Position numbers and translations under genes: made by a program
Assembly: GCA_963777955.1 (NCBI GenBank)
Contig: CAVZSQ010000022.1
Location: forward strand, 64,001 to 128,000
Length of the DNA: 64,000 nt
Source: Calditrichia bacterium
GTDB lineage: Bacteria; Calditrichota; Calditrichia; JAJRVZ01
Direction: 5' to 3'
Part shown: in pieces, positions 22,028 through 31,868 of the stretch
How the letters are laid out: each line of letters begins with the position of its first letter
How positions within the stretch are numbered: position 1 is the first letter of the stretch
Notes under the pieces: model-generated
Told to the model about the DNA's origin: nothing
Database searches by the model: none
What the model saw: only the letters and a program-made list of their open reading frames with translations

Positions 22028-23590
22028 TTACTTTATCAACAACATCCGTTTGACTTCCACATTCTCCCCCGCCTGGATGCGGTAAAGATATACTCCCGAA
22101 CTGAGATTGCTGGCATCGAATTCCACATTATGCACTCCTGCACCTTTCCTGCCCTCAAAAAGCGTAGCGATTTCCTGTCCCTGAACATTGAATACTTTAA
22201 CGGTTACATCAGATACTGTAGGCAGCCCGAAGCGTATTGTCGTGGAAGGATTGAACGGATTTGGAAAATTCTGCAGAACAAAAAACGTATTGGGAATATA
22301 CCTTGGCATATCTTCCAGCGCAGAAACCGGAACTTTTAAACTTCCGCCTTCATACGAAATCGATCCGTTCGGGCCAAGAATGAAAGGAATGGTATTATCG
22401 AACTCGCCGGCTACCATGAGTCTCAACACTCCCATGATGGTCGTTGATTGCGACAGCACCACCCCGGCTGTGTTATTAATTGTCAGATTGGTTACGGTAT
22501 CCGGCATTAGTGCACTGGTGACCTGTGCGGCACTGCCGTTAAATTCAAAACTTGAAGCATTGGCCAGACTGACCACACCGGTGACCGTACTGAAAATTCC
22601 GGTTAGCCCTCCGGCCACAGTTGTAGCCAGGGTTGCTCCTGTGCTAAGAGTAAAATTACCGCTGCCGGCCAGCACACTGGCACCCATATCAAGCGTCGTG
22701 CCGTCGTTGACTTTTATGAACAATGCGGTAAGTGTATTGCCTTCGCCCAGGGTTAAGGTTTGTCTGCCGGCCTTGCAAAAGATAAAATTGGCATTGCCCG
22801 GAGGATTGGTGGAACACTGGGTGGTGGCATTGGACATTGAGAAATTACCTTCATACAGATACCAGGTAGTACTTCCATTCGGTTGCGATCCGCGGGCCAG
22901 GGAGAAATTGCCGCCGGTAACGATAATGTCGCCATAATGATGGACGGTGAATTTGGTCAGGGCGTTACTGGTGCCCTGCGTGGCAAACGTTCCCGCCTCG
23001 ACAATTACATCTCCGAGTATGGTAACGACCGCACTATCGTTGGCGGTTGCGGAGGTCAGGTACCAGCGATTCAGACCGGTATTAATTACCCGGATGTCGC
23101 CGCTGACAGTATTGCTGTCCAGGTTCATATTAAGATTAGCCACCTGATCGGGGCAATTGAAGGTAATATTATAATAATTCTGATCGCGGTCATCCGGAGC
23201 GGTATCCTGCACCGCGCTCATCAACAAAGTTGAACCCTCGGCCCAGTTGGCCAGCGGCATGCTGCCCCTGTTGCGGGCATGTTCATAAGTCCCGCCATTG
23301 GCAATTGTAAGCAGGCCGTTTGCTTCCACTTTCCACTGGTTGACCAGTTTTCCGCTAATAAAGACAGCCGCGTCGATAAAAATCGAGTCACCGCTTTGTA
23401 CGGTACTCGTTTCGGCTCCGGTGGGCGGAGTGCCGATGGCTGCCCAGGTTGAACCGTTATAGCGCTCCCAGTTCTGGGCCGCACTCCAGTTGCCGCTGGC
23501 TTTGGTCCGGTAATCCCCGGTAGTCTGGGCCAGCAGGGATATTGATAATAATAAAATCAGGATGAATACAAATGATGTAAATCTTGGCAT
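22028..23590 (-). CDS. Secreted protein with one copy of the same module and a type A-like CTD (paralog of 18559-21847)
   Basis: TTGDYRT..SGNW, YEHAR, QNYYNITFN, QGTSNA, HHYGD, GGNFSLARGSQ, FDNTIPF.LGPNGSISYEGGSL, QNFPNPFNPST. Confidence 0.88.
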   Translation of the reverse strand: MPRFTSFVFILILLLSISLLAQTTGDYRTKASGNWSAAQNWERYNGSTWAAIGTPPTGAETSTVQSGDSIFIDAAVFISGKLVNQWKVEANGLLTIANGGTYEHARNRGSMPLANWAEGSTLLMSAVQDTAPDDRDQNYYNITFNCPDQVANLNMNLDSNTVSGDIRVINTGLNRWYLTSATANDSAVVTILGDVIVEAGTFATQGTSNALTKFTVHHYGDIIVTGGNFSLARGSQPNGSTTWYLYEGNFSMSNATTQCSTNPPGNANFIFCKAGRQTLTLGEGNTLTALFIKVNDGTTLDMGASVLAGSGNFTLSTGATLATTVAGGLTGIFSTVTGVVSLANASSFEFNGSAAQVTSALMPDTVTNLTINNTAGVVLSQSTTIMGVLRLMVAGEFDNTIPFILGPNGSISYEGGSLKVPVSALEDMPRYIPNTFFVLQNFPNPFNPSTTIRFGLPTVSDVTVKVFNVQGQEIATLFEGRKGAGVHNVEFDASNLSSGVYLYRIQAGENVEVKRMLLIK

Positions 23591-23619
23591 GATGTATCTC
23601 CTTGTAAAAGTGATGTCAG

Positions 23620-23758
23620 TGACCCTCCCCTAGCCCCTCCCTGTCAGCCAGGAGGCTGACAGGGAGGGGGAAAGGGGGTGGGTTAATTTCGTCTCTGACC
23701 CTCCCCTGGCCCCTCCCTATCAGCCCCGGGCTGATAGGGAGGGGTATGGGGTGGGTTA
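23620..23758 (-). repeat. Two tandem REP-like hairpins (copies 2 and 3: 23620-23685 and 23696-23758)
   Basis: Same consensus as 18498-18561, with compensatory stem changes (CCCTGTCAGCC/GGCTGACAGGG and CCCTATCAGCC/GGCTGATAGGG). Confidence 0.85.
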
Positions 23759-23760
23759 TT

Positions 23761-25255
23761 TTATTGTATCTTCCACGGTATATCATACGTCAATTGCGCA
23801 AGTAAAAAATGACGCCTGTCACTATTCTTGCTGATCGCAGTGGACCAGATATCCTGGTATTTCATCAGCGAATTCTCATAGGTTAAATTCAATCGCAAGC
23901 CTGCATAATAAACTCCGCAGCCTGCCGAATAAACCGTATAGGTCACCGGCTCACCTGCCAGATAACTTCCTTCTGCCTCGAAAACCTCAGCTTCGCCCCG
24001 CATTCCGCCGCGCAGCGCCAGCCATGGTGTAACCTGATACTCAGCTCCTACCCGGAAAAGAGAAGACTGCAGCCAGGGGGCCGTTTCCGTACCCTGCGCA
24101 TCGGTATAACGGACAGACTTGTAGGGCCGGAACTCATACTCCAGACCGACCGTCAGATTTTCCCGCGGAGTAAGGGAGAGACCGATTGTTCCGCGCCAGG
24201 AGAGTTTCAGTTTATCCTCGCCCTGGACCGAGGATATTGAAGGCGTTCCGCCACCTGTGGTGTCTGTGGCAATTTGCATCGAGTATTTTCTGGTAATGGT
24301 GGTCGGCGGTTTAATAGAAAATCCGATGCTGACATAGCGGCTGCTGAGGATGCTGCTCAGGGTAAATTCCCGGCCGCTGAAATCCGAAGTACCGGTTTTA
24401 GTAATTCTTCGATACACCGAATCTGCCCGGAAAGCCTGGAAGTAGAATGTGAGTTTACCTCTGGCCAGTTGTTGTTCGTAATCATCACTGCTGCCGTCCA
24501 GAATCATCCCGCTGAATCCGAAGGCCAGGTTATACTCCGGCAGACCTCCGGCCAGGGCAAAACCGTAGCCCTGAATTTCACCTTTCCGCTGGCGCAGCGA
24601 TTTGCGACCAATCCACAGCAAGCGGATTATCATCGGTCGGACGTAAGGTGGGCAGGGGACGCTGCGATAAAATCGACGGCGAAAGCACATTGTTATTCTG
24701 ATAATAGTGATTCAGGTTGGCATATTCGACAGTACCGATGCCGGCGACGATTTTGACTTCACCCAGCGATACCGGCACAGCCAGCATGGCCTGCAGCGGC
24801 ACGCTGTTTTTGCCCGATCTTGACCAGTTCGGACCTATTTTGTCGTACGGTCTCTGCACGGTGTCCTGGAGCGTGAAACCAAAAAGCGAGGTGTCGGGAT
24901 CGGGAATATAGGCGGTCAGCCCTTCCAGCAGCAGACTCAGATTTGTATAATACCGGACCGGAGCGTAATTCTGCTCCTGTTTTGATTCGCTGGAAAAATA
25001 AAGTCCTCCCAGCGATAACTGCAGCCCCTGTATCGAAAAGAGAGTGGCCGGATTCTGGAACATCAATCCGGGATCCTGCTTTATACCGATCGAAACACCG
25101 GCCATGGCCCTTGAGGCGGCCGAATGCAGGGTGAAGTGGTCAAGCCCCTGGAAGGTCAGCGCTCCGCCATACCCCTGGGCATAAAGCGGCGCTGTAATAA
25201 AAAGCGGGCTGATACACAAACTTAGAATTCCAATAATGACTTTTATCTTTTTCAT
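23761..25255 (-). CDS. FadL/PorV-like outer-membrane beta-barrel protein, frameshift near 24600
   Basis: Signal peptide, SAASRAMAG...MFQNPATL, amphipathic strands (FRVGAEY, LALRGG, YSAGCGVYY); ATGA-coupled to the PorV-like gene. Confidence 0.65.
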
Positions 25256-26286
25256 GGCAGCGCAATCCCTATACTAAACCGCTGTACATTGCCGAGATAG
25301 GTACCCATGGCTCCATAACTGTAATCCGCCGATAAGCGGATACCTTCGATGGCATATTTAATCCCGGCTCCGAATGTTAATCCGTCATAATCATAATTGA
25401 ATTTATATCCACCGCGCAGGGCAATCGAACCGGCAAATTCATATTCCAGGCCTACATGCATTTGCTGGGCGTAATCGTTGGGATGGAATATGTCATAGGC
25501 CATGCTTAAGCGGTGCTCGCTGCTTCCGCTAAGCATCAATCCTTCGGTACCGATGACATCGGCACCCACGCCGATACGGAACAGCAGCGGCACGGCGTTA
25601 GATTCCCTGGCATATTTTACATTTGCGCCAAAGTTCTGCACCGCCGAGCCAAGATAAACAGAGCGGTAACCGGTGTTATAGCGAATTCCAAAATCAAACA
25701 ACAATCCATCCGCCCAGGTCTTGACCTCTTCAAATACCCCCTGTTTTACCTGGGCGACTACTCTTTGACCATTAAATAGTGATTCATGGGCATACTTCAT
25801 GCTTATACCTATTGAAAACTTATCAGTCAGGTAGCGGGCATACGATATACCGATCAGATAGCTGAACGGATTGAAAGTATTGCCGGTCAGTCCGGGGTGG
25901 TCAGGATTGCTGATATACGGACGTTCGTTGCTGGTTTCCTCGAACTCGCCGAAATCGACATACTGGACCTGCACACCGACGGCTCCGAATCCCTGTATGG
26001 CCAGGGCATAAGAAATTGCACCCTGCTGGGCATCGAACAACCAGTTGACATAGGTAGTGGAAAGTTCCATGTTATCCAGCCTGGCCAGACCGGCGGGATT
26101 CCAGAAAACCGCTTCGGCGCCGGTGGCCCACACCGCATAAGCTTCACCGAGCGCAGTGGCCCGGGCCGAGGGCATGACCTTCAGGAACTGCATCGAGGTA
26201 CTGCCCACCTTCTGGGCAAAAGATAATGAAGTACAAAGCAGCCCGGCTAAAACTGCAAGAATAAATTTTCTTTTTAGAATACTCAT
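25252..26286 (-). CDS. PorV/PorQ family outer-membrane barrel
   Basis: KVGSTSMQFLKVMPSARATALG, AVFWNPAGLA, ISYARYLTDKFSIG, PLLFRIG, HPND, GLEY, LRGGY, DYSY. Confidence 0.88.
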   Translation of the reverse strand: MSILKRKFILAVLAGLLCTSLSFAQKVGSTSMQFLKVMPSARATALGEAYAVWATGAEAVFWNPAGLARLDNMELSTTYVNWLFDAQQGAISYALAIQGFGAVGVQVQYVDFGEFEETSNERPYISNPDHPGLTGNTFNPFSYLIGISYARYLTDKFSIGISMKYAHESLFNGQRVVAQVKQGVFEEVKTWADGLLFDFGIRYNTGYRSVYLGSAVQNFGANVKYARESNAVPLLFRIGVGADVIGTEGLMLSGSSEHRLSMAYDIFHPNDYAQQMHVGLEYEFAGSIALRGGYKFNYDYDGLTFGAGIKYAIEGIRLSADYSYGAMGTYLGNVQRFSIGIALP

Positions 26287-26335
26287 GATATTTCTACCAT
26301 ATTTTTAATTTCCAAATTCTAATTACTAATTAAAT

Positions 26336-26440
26336 CAAATTCCAGGCACCAATGACCAAAATACAAATTACTAATCTCAAATTTATTCTCCGTGGAACTC
26401 CGTGGTTCTTCGCCGAAGGTCTCCGTGGATCTTCGTGTAA
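26336..26440 (+). repeat. Right half of the CACGGAG element family
   Basis: TTCCAGGCAC...CTCCGTGGAACTCCGTGG...CGCCGAAGGTCTCCGTGG...CGTGTAA. Confidence 0.6.
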
Positions 26441-26454
26441 TTTTTTACCTGATA

Positions 26455-26492
26455 AGATTTCTCGTCCGCCTGCCGGCGGACTCGAAATGACA
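26455..26492. repeat. AGATTTCTC...GAAATGACA palindromic repeat, single unit
   Basis: Same ends as the units at 50725-50822 and 53444-53558; internal GC hairpin GTCCGCC-GGCGGAC. Confidence 0.65.
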
Positions 26493-26528
26493 GTCATTAT
26501 TTCAATTACCAATTACTAATTACCAATT

Positions 26529-28742
26529 CTAGTGTATCACCACAAACTTCCCGCTTGACCTCGCGCCGGTATCTCTGTCCTCCACAACAAAATAATACAC
26601 CCCCGAGGCGATTATCTGATTATTAATACTGAGTTGATACCAGGGATTACCGTACGTTTCCCGGTTGTGCTCGCGGGTCATGATCAACTGGCCGGTGTAT
26701 GAAAATATCCTGATGGTGCAGCGATCAGTCAGGCCCACAAACTGGATGCGGTCGCCTATTTCTCCCCCCGGATCGGACCCGCTTAATCCGCTGGTGACCA
26801 GCAGCGGATTAGGTATCACATAAACTTTTCCCAGCGTTTCAGCCGGAGGTGCCTGTGTTTCATGTATTGTTATATTGGTGAAGCCGCTTCTGCCGCCCAG
26901 TTCATCCACTGTGATGACAGCATAGGCAGCATTATCACCGAGATTACTTTCAGGATCTATAATGGCATATTCGCCATTGCTGAAGTATCTCAGATCACCA
27001 GGGTTAACGGAGTCTATGACCGTCCATGGACCCAGGGGATGAGGTGCGCGCAGCACTTCGTAATGATCCAGGGCAGCATGGAGTTTTGGTGAATCAAAAG
27101 ATTCTACCTGCGCTCCCCAGATAATCTTGTTTGCTGCAGCACGGGTATCTTCAATCCGGATGACCGGCGCAGGAAAGGGAATGGGAATAGTGTTGTACCT
27201 GCCCGTTGCCGGTGCTTCCTCCGGTCTGTACTGCAGTGTATCATATTTGGCCAGCGGTTGCCCGGTATACATTTCTATTGCGCGGTCGGCCACATCCCGG
27301 ATCGACACCACGCCGGGGGTCACGTACCACGGCAGCGGATGATTTTGCAGATAATCACTCCCTATATAATTCTTATTTCCTAAATAATTATAATGCAGCG
27401 TATCATACCAGCTCGGTACCGGATTAAAATAGGCACCGGCGTCGACACCGGAACGGATGGCTCCGCCAACATCCTTATAAATCTTATCACCGGCCACGCC
27501 GGGACCGTAACCCGCCAACTCTGCTATCGTAAAGCGCATGACTTCGTCCGGTGGAAGTACATAAGGGTAAAATCCATAAGCGCGTGAAACAGGTTGATAC
27601 CAGGAAAGATTTATTGAAGTTTTAGTGCGTCCTTTCCAGTACGGCCACAGTTCCGGTTCAAACTGGTCGGCGAAACGGGTTGAATCGGTAGTGCCTTGCC
27701 ACACGCCCGTTTTCCGCTGCAGAGTCGGGTCCATCCAGGTTCCGGTTTTAGTATCTCCGGGCAGATTACCGTTTTCGTAACGCAGCAGAAAGGGTTGTTT
27801 GGCTTTGCTGTTTTCATCCCACATACCTGTGCTGTCCGTTGCTCCGTAAAATACCTGACCGGTCTGGTCTTTGCGGCTCAAATGTTCGTAGTCATAATGC
27901 AGCACCATTATACCGACAGCCTGTGGAGAGTTCAAGCCGCCGCGGTTGCCTGCAGTTGACCAGGTGTCAAAGAAATCCGGGTCCGGCAGGCCGTCCCTTT
28001 CGTGGTTATAACTCATCCAGCGCTTTAGATCGAATCGTGCAAAATGATCACCCAATCCTGGTGACTGACCTCGAAAGGAAGCCTCGGTCCATTCACCGTG
28101 ATTCCGCTGGTAGCCGAACATCGATGGGCCGAAGGTGTTGGCAAAGGTAATGAACAGATCTGCGATCGTATCGCCAGTTACATTTTGAAACTCATATTCG
28201 TAGATGATAAAACTGTCATAACCGGGAAAACTCCAGGTCCGGCTGGTGCGGGTGACCCTGATACCGGCGGGTGTATCCCAGCGTGAGAGGATAATTTCTT
28301 CAGCTTCGTCGGGATTATAGGCAGTATTCAACTCGCCGTTTTCCAGCACGGGGAAATTCTCGGTCCTGACCAGTTCCAGGGGTGTACTGTACACTCCCAG
28401 CACCGGCACCGGTTCTCCGCTGGTATTGGATGTGGCACCGCAGAAGGCATAAACCCGGCCTGATGGCAGGGTTCCGGCGATCCAGATCCCGCTGCCGAAG
28501 GAATTATGCTGGCCGGGATAATTCACCCGGTCCAGGATCATGCTGGAATAGGGCGGCCATTCCATGGAGGGACTGCCCGGTTGTATGGTGCCTCCGGCAT
28601 TATACGCCCGTCCTAATTCACCCGTATTATAAACAGTCTGATGCAATAATCCGCGTCTGTGCACCTGCCAATCACGCACCTGGGCATATAAATCGCTCAA
28701 GGGGAGAGTCAACAGCAGAATTATTAAGCCAATACGTTTCAT
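26529..28742 (-). CDS. Large secreted TBDR-associated protein with non-type-A C-terminal domain
   Basis: Signal peptide; MEWP, GIRVTRTSRTW...FIIYEYEFQN; C-terminal VYVIPNP...IQFVGL..RCTIRIFSYTG...ASGVYYFVV...GKFVVIH. Confidence 0.85.
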   Translation of the reverse strand: MKRIGLIILLLTLPLSDLYAQVRDWQVHRRGLLHQTVYNTGELGRAYNAGGTIQPGSPSMEWPPYSSMILDRVNYPGQHNSFGSGIWIAGTLPSGRVYAFCGATSNTSGEPVPVLGVYSTPLELVRTENFPVLENGELNTAYNPDEAEEIILSRWDTPAGIRVTRTSRTWSFPGYDSFIIYEYEFQNVTGDTIADLFITFANTFGPSMFGYQRNHGEWTEASFRGQSPGLGDHFARFDLKRWMSYNHERDGLPDPDFFDTWSTAGNRGGLNSPQAVGIMVLHYDYEHLSRKDQTGQVFYGATDSTGMWDENSKAKQPFLLRYENGNLPGDTKTGTWMDPTLQRKTGVWQGTTDSTRFADQFEPELWPYWKGRTKTSINLSWYQPVSRAYGFYPYVLPPDEVMRFTIAELAGYGPGVAGDKIYKDVGGAIRSGVDAGAYFNPVPSWYDTLHYNYLGNKNYIGSDYLQNHPLPWYVTPGVVSIRDVADRAIEMYTGQPLAKYDTLQYRPEEAPATGRYNTIPIPFPAPVIRIEDTRAAANKIIWGAQVESFDSPKLHAALDHYEVLRAPHPLGPWTVIDSVNPGDLRYFSNGEYAIIDPESNLGDNAAYAVITVDELGGRSGFTNITIHETQAPPAETLGKVYVIPNPLLVTSGLSGSDPGGEIGDRIQFVGLTDRCTIRIFSYTGQLIMTREHNRETYGNPWYQLSINNQIIASGVYYFVVEDRDTGARSSGKFVVIH

Positions 28743-28760
28743 ATTTTCTTCACCGTTATT

Positions 28761-31690
28761 CTAAAATTCAAAGACGATTCCGAAACTATAGGACCTCGGT
28801 TGATTACTGTAAATTAGAAACGATTGATCCACGCTGAATGGGCCCTGTGTTCTCTTATCCCACCAGTAGCGGATACCGTTTTCCTTATCATTTATGGAAA
28901 ATTGTTCATAATATTGCAGCGGGAGGTTGGGATTGATAGGCGTGGGTCTCTGGAACAGATAATCGTAATTGAGAGTTTTATTCTCGAACAGGTTGAATAT
29001 TTCGGCATAAAAACTTACCGGCACGCCCAGGAAATTCTGAATCTTTTTGGTCACCCTCAGGTCAGTATTGTATTCCATCGGTGTACGCTTCACATTGATC
29101 AGCCGGATATCGGAGGGGGAGGTATAAGGTCTGCCGCTGCGAATCGATGATTGCGCCGAAATATTTACGTTGGACAAAAGTTTTGACTGTAGAATTGCAG
29201 GTCCCCAGTCTTTCCCGGTCAAATAGCCGAGGGTCAGGATAATATTATGCGTCCGGTCGAAATCCAGCAGGATGTCGCGCGTCGGCACATTGGTCAGATC
29301 GGTGGTAACGATTCCCAGGGTATCGCGGTTAAAAAGTGGAGTGGCTGCGGTGGCGGTAGCGCTTTTACCGGTGGCGTAACCGTACTGGTAATTGATCGAT
29401 CCGGTCAAGGCTCCTCTTCTTTTGTTCAGGGTTATGCGGAAGCCGCGAATATCGGCATAATCGAGGTTGAAGTACGAACTCACCTGGTAAGCCGGCTCTT
29501 TCGTCTATGAAATCCGATTGTTGAATAAGATTTTTAACATCCTTGTAGTAGCCGCTGACATCCAGGGTAAATCCTTCTCCCGAGGCCTTGCACCACTCCG
29601 ACATCGTAACTGTTGGTCGTTTCTGGTTTAAGCCTGGGATTGCCCAGGATCAGGGGATCGCTCAGGAGTTGGCCGATTCTTCTGGAGACGATATATTGAA
29701 ATGATGGTCTTTGCATGAAAGCGCCATAGTTCAGATGAAAGGTGGTGTTGCTGGAAACAGGGAATGAGAAACCAAGCCGCGGCTGCAGGCGACCATGGAC
29801 AGGCGATTTTTTAGTATCGGCCTTTGATGGCTTGAATCTGCCCAGCGAGTCGGGATCTCCGAACGGAGTGTACAGATCAGGGTAATAATCCACACCGGAG
29901 TACCATAAATCAAATCGCAGTCCCACATTGGCGATCATACCTTCAAATTCCATTTTATCCTGCACATAGATTGCGGCTTCAAAGGGGTGCGCCGTGTATC
30001 GTTCGAGTTCCCGGTTCGAGCGCACGCTCAGAAAGTTCGACACATCGATGAAGTATGAATTGACCTGAATACCGCTATTAAGCAGGTGAGATCTGGTAAT
30101 CTGACTGGTGAATGCACCATCAAGTGTTATAGTCCGGGTTTTCTCTTTGTTGAATGTATCATAACCGGATTGATAATCGAGCTGGTCGGGGGAGCTGGTG
30201 TTTGGATAGACGATGGTCTGGTTCGGCCAGTTAAAATCGACTGAATCAGGCAGTATGTCGGGTACCGGAGTAGCGCCGGTCGTATTGTCGGTGAACAGGG
30301 TGTTCAATTTCACTTCATAAAAAGTACTCTGGCTGATTGTCTTGGTCAGGCGCGCCCCGAGTTGAGTATTGAGTCTTTTCCTCTGGCGGATGCCGGTTAT
30401 GCGGTCCCAAAGCCAGCGCTGGTATCCGCCCACACTGTTCACACCGGGAAAGACGTTGTTGTTTTGCTGGGTAAAACCCCCGCTGAGACGGAAGGTGATA
30501 CTTTTGCTCAGATCGGTGACCACATTGCCCATGGCCTGGTATTCGGTGTTGGGTAGTTCAGTGGGGAAAACAGGTGCCTGCCGGTCTGAGCGCAGGGCCA
30601 GGAACATGGTCATCTGCTCATTGATAGGTCCCCCGGTGGCTGCTTCCAGGGAGTAATCCACTTCAGTTCCGTAGGTCCGGCCTATATCTCTGCGGGTCTG
30701 TTCCCAGAGGGTCCGGGCCACGGCCAGTCGCACCAGGGTATCGCCCATGAAAGTGTTGGCAAATCCCGAAATCATCGCACCGTAATATGGCTGGGATTGG
30801 TCTGAGTTGGGGTCTCCGCTTAACCAGACCTCTCTGTTCAGCAGCAGTTTGATATAATCATTGGCGTCCGGGTCGAAGGCACTGGGACCGAAATGTTTGC
30901 GGCCCGGGGCGCGCATACGCGATTCGAACCTGGTTTGCCATTTGTTCCGGTCACCCTCTTTCATCGAGATATTAACCACTCCGGATTGGGCATTACCGTA
31001 CTGGGCGCCGAAGCCGCTGGTGATAACCTCAACTTCCTCGACGCTGCTCATGATCGGCAGAAAAGCCGAAGAGCGGTCCAGCGGGTTGACAATGCCCATG
31101 CCCTGCAGGATGTAGTATTCCTCCCCCTCGCGTCCGCCTCTGAAGTGCCCGTCGGAAATATCGGCAGCCAGGTTAAGGACATCTCCGATGTCCCTTATCC
31201 CCGGCAGTGCTTGCACCTCTTCGAAGCGGACGATGGCGCTGGTTGAGGTTTTATCCCGTTCCACATCGGGTCGCACGGCTATAATCACCACCTCTTCCGA
31301 TTTAAGCACCTCGACTGACATTTTAAAATCGATGGTGGTAGTTCTGGTGGCGTTCACGATAATATCTGTCATTTTTATAGTCTGAAAACCGATTATACTG
31401 GCGCGGAGTTCATATTTTCCCGGAGGAACATTCAAAATATAGTATTCGCCATTGATGTCGGTAGCCGCGCCCATTTTAGTGCCGACAACGACGATATTTA
31501 CACCCGGTATCGGTTCGCCGGTTTCAACCTCTGTAACAGTTCCGGCTATTTTACCGACCGTCTGGGCAGAAAGCGGGTTTGAACACAGACAACAACGAAC
31601 CAGGCAGAAAAGAGTACTTAAAAATAAATTATGGAGTTTACCGGCACTTCTGATATAATTCCGTATTTTATTGGGACTTGAGGTGGACAA
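28761..31690 (-). CDS. TonB-dependent receptor with carboxypeptidase-regulatory-like N-domain, frameshift(s) near 29490-29580
   Basis: GKIAGTV, GHFRGGR, EVITSGFGAQYGNAQSGVVN, YVQDKMEFEGMIANVGLRFD, QPRLG, GNPRLKPE, C-terminal PRSYSFGIVFEF. Confidence 0.9.
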
Positions 31691-31868
31691 CTTGACTTAT
31701 CATTAATCTCTCCTATTGGGGTATAGGAAACTTTTTCGCCGTATTTTAAAATCGGTTACTGCCCATCTAACGATTCATAAATTGCTGATTTAGTATACAT
31801 CTGAATCTAAGCAATTATTATATATAAGAAAGTGATTCACTGTGAAAAACAGTGGAAAAAGTGTCTTT

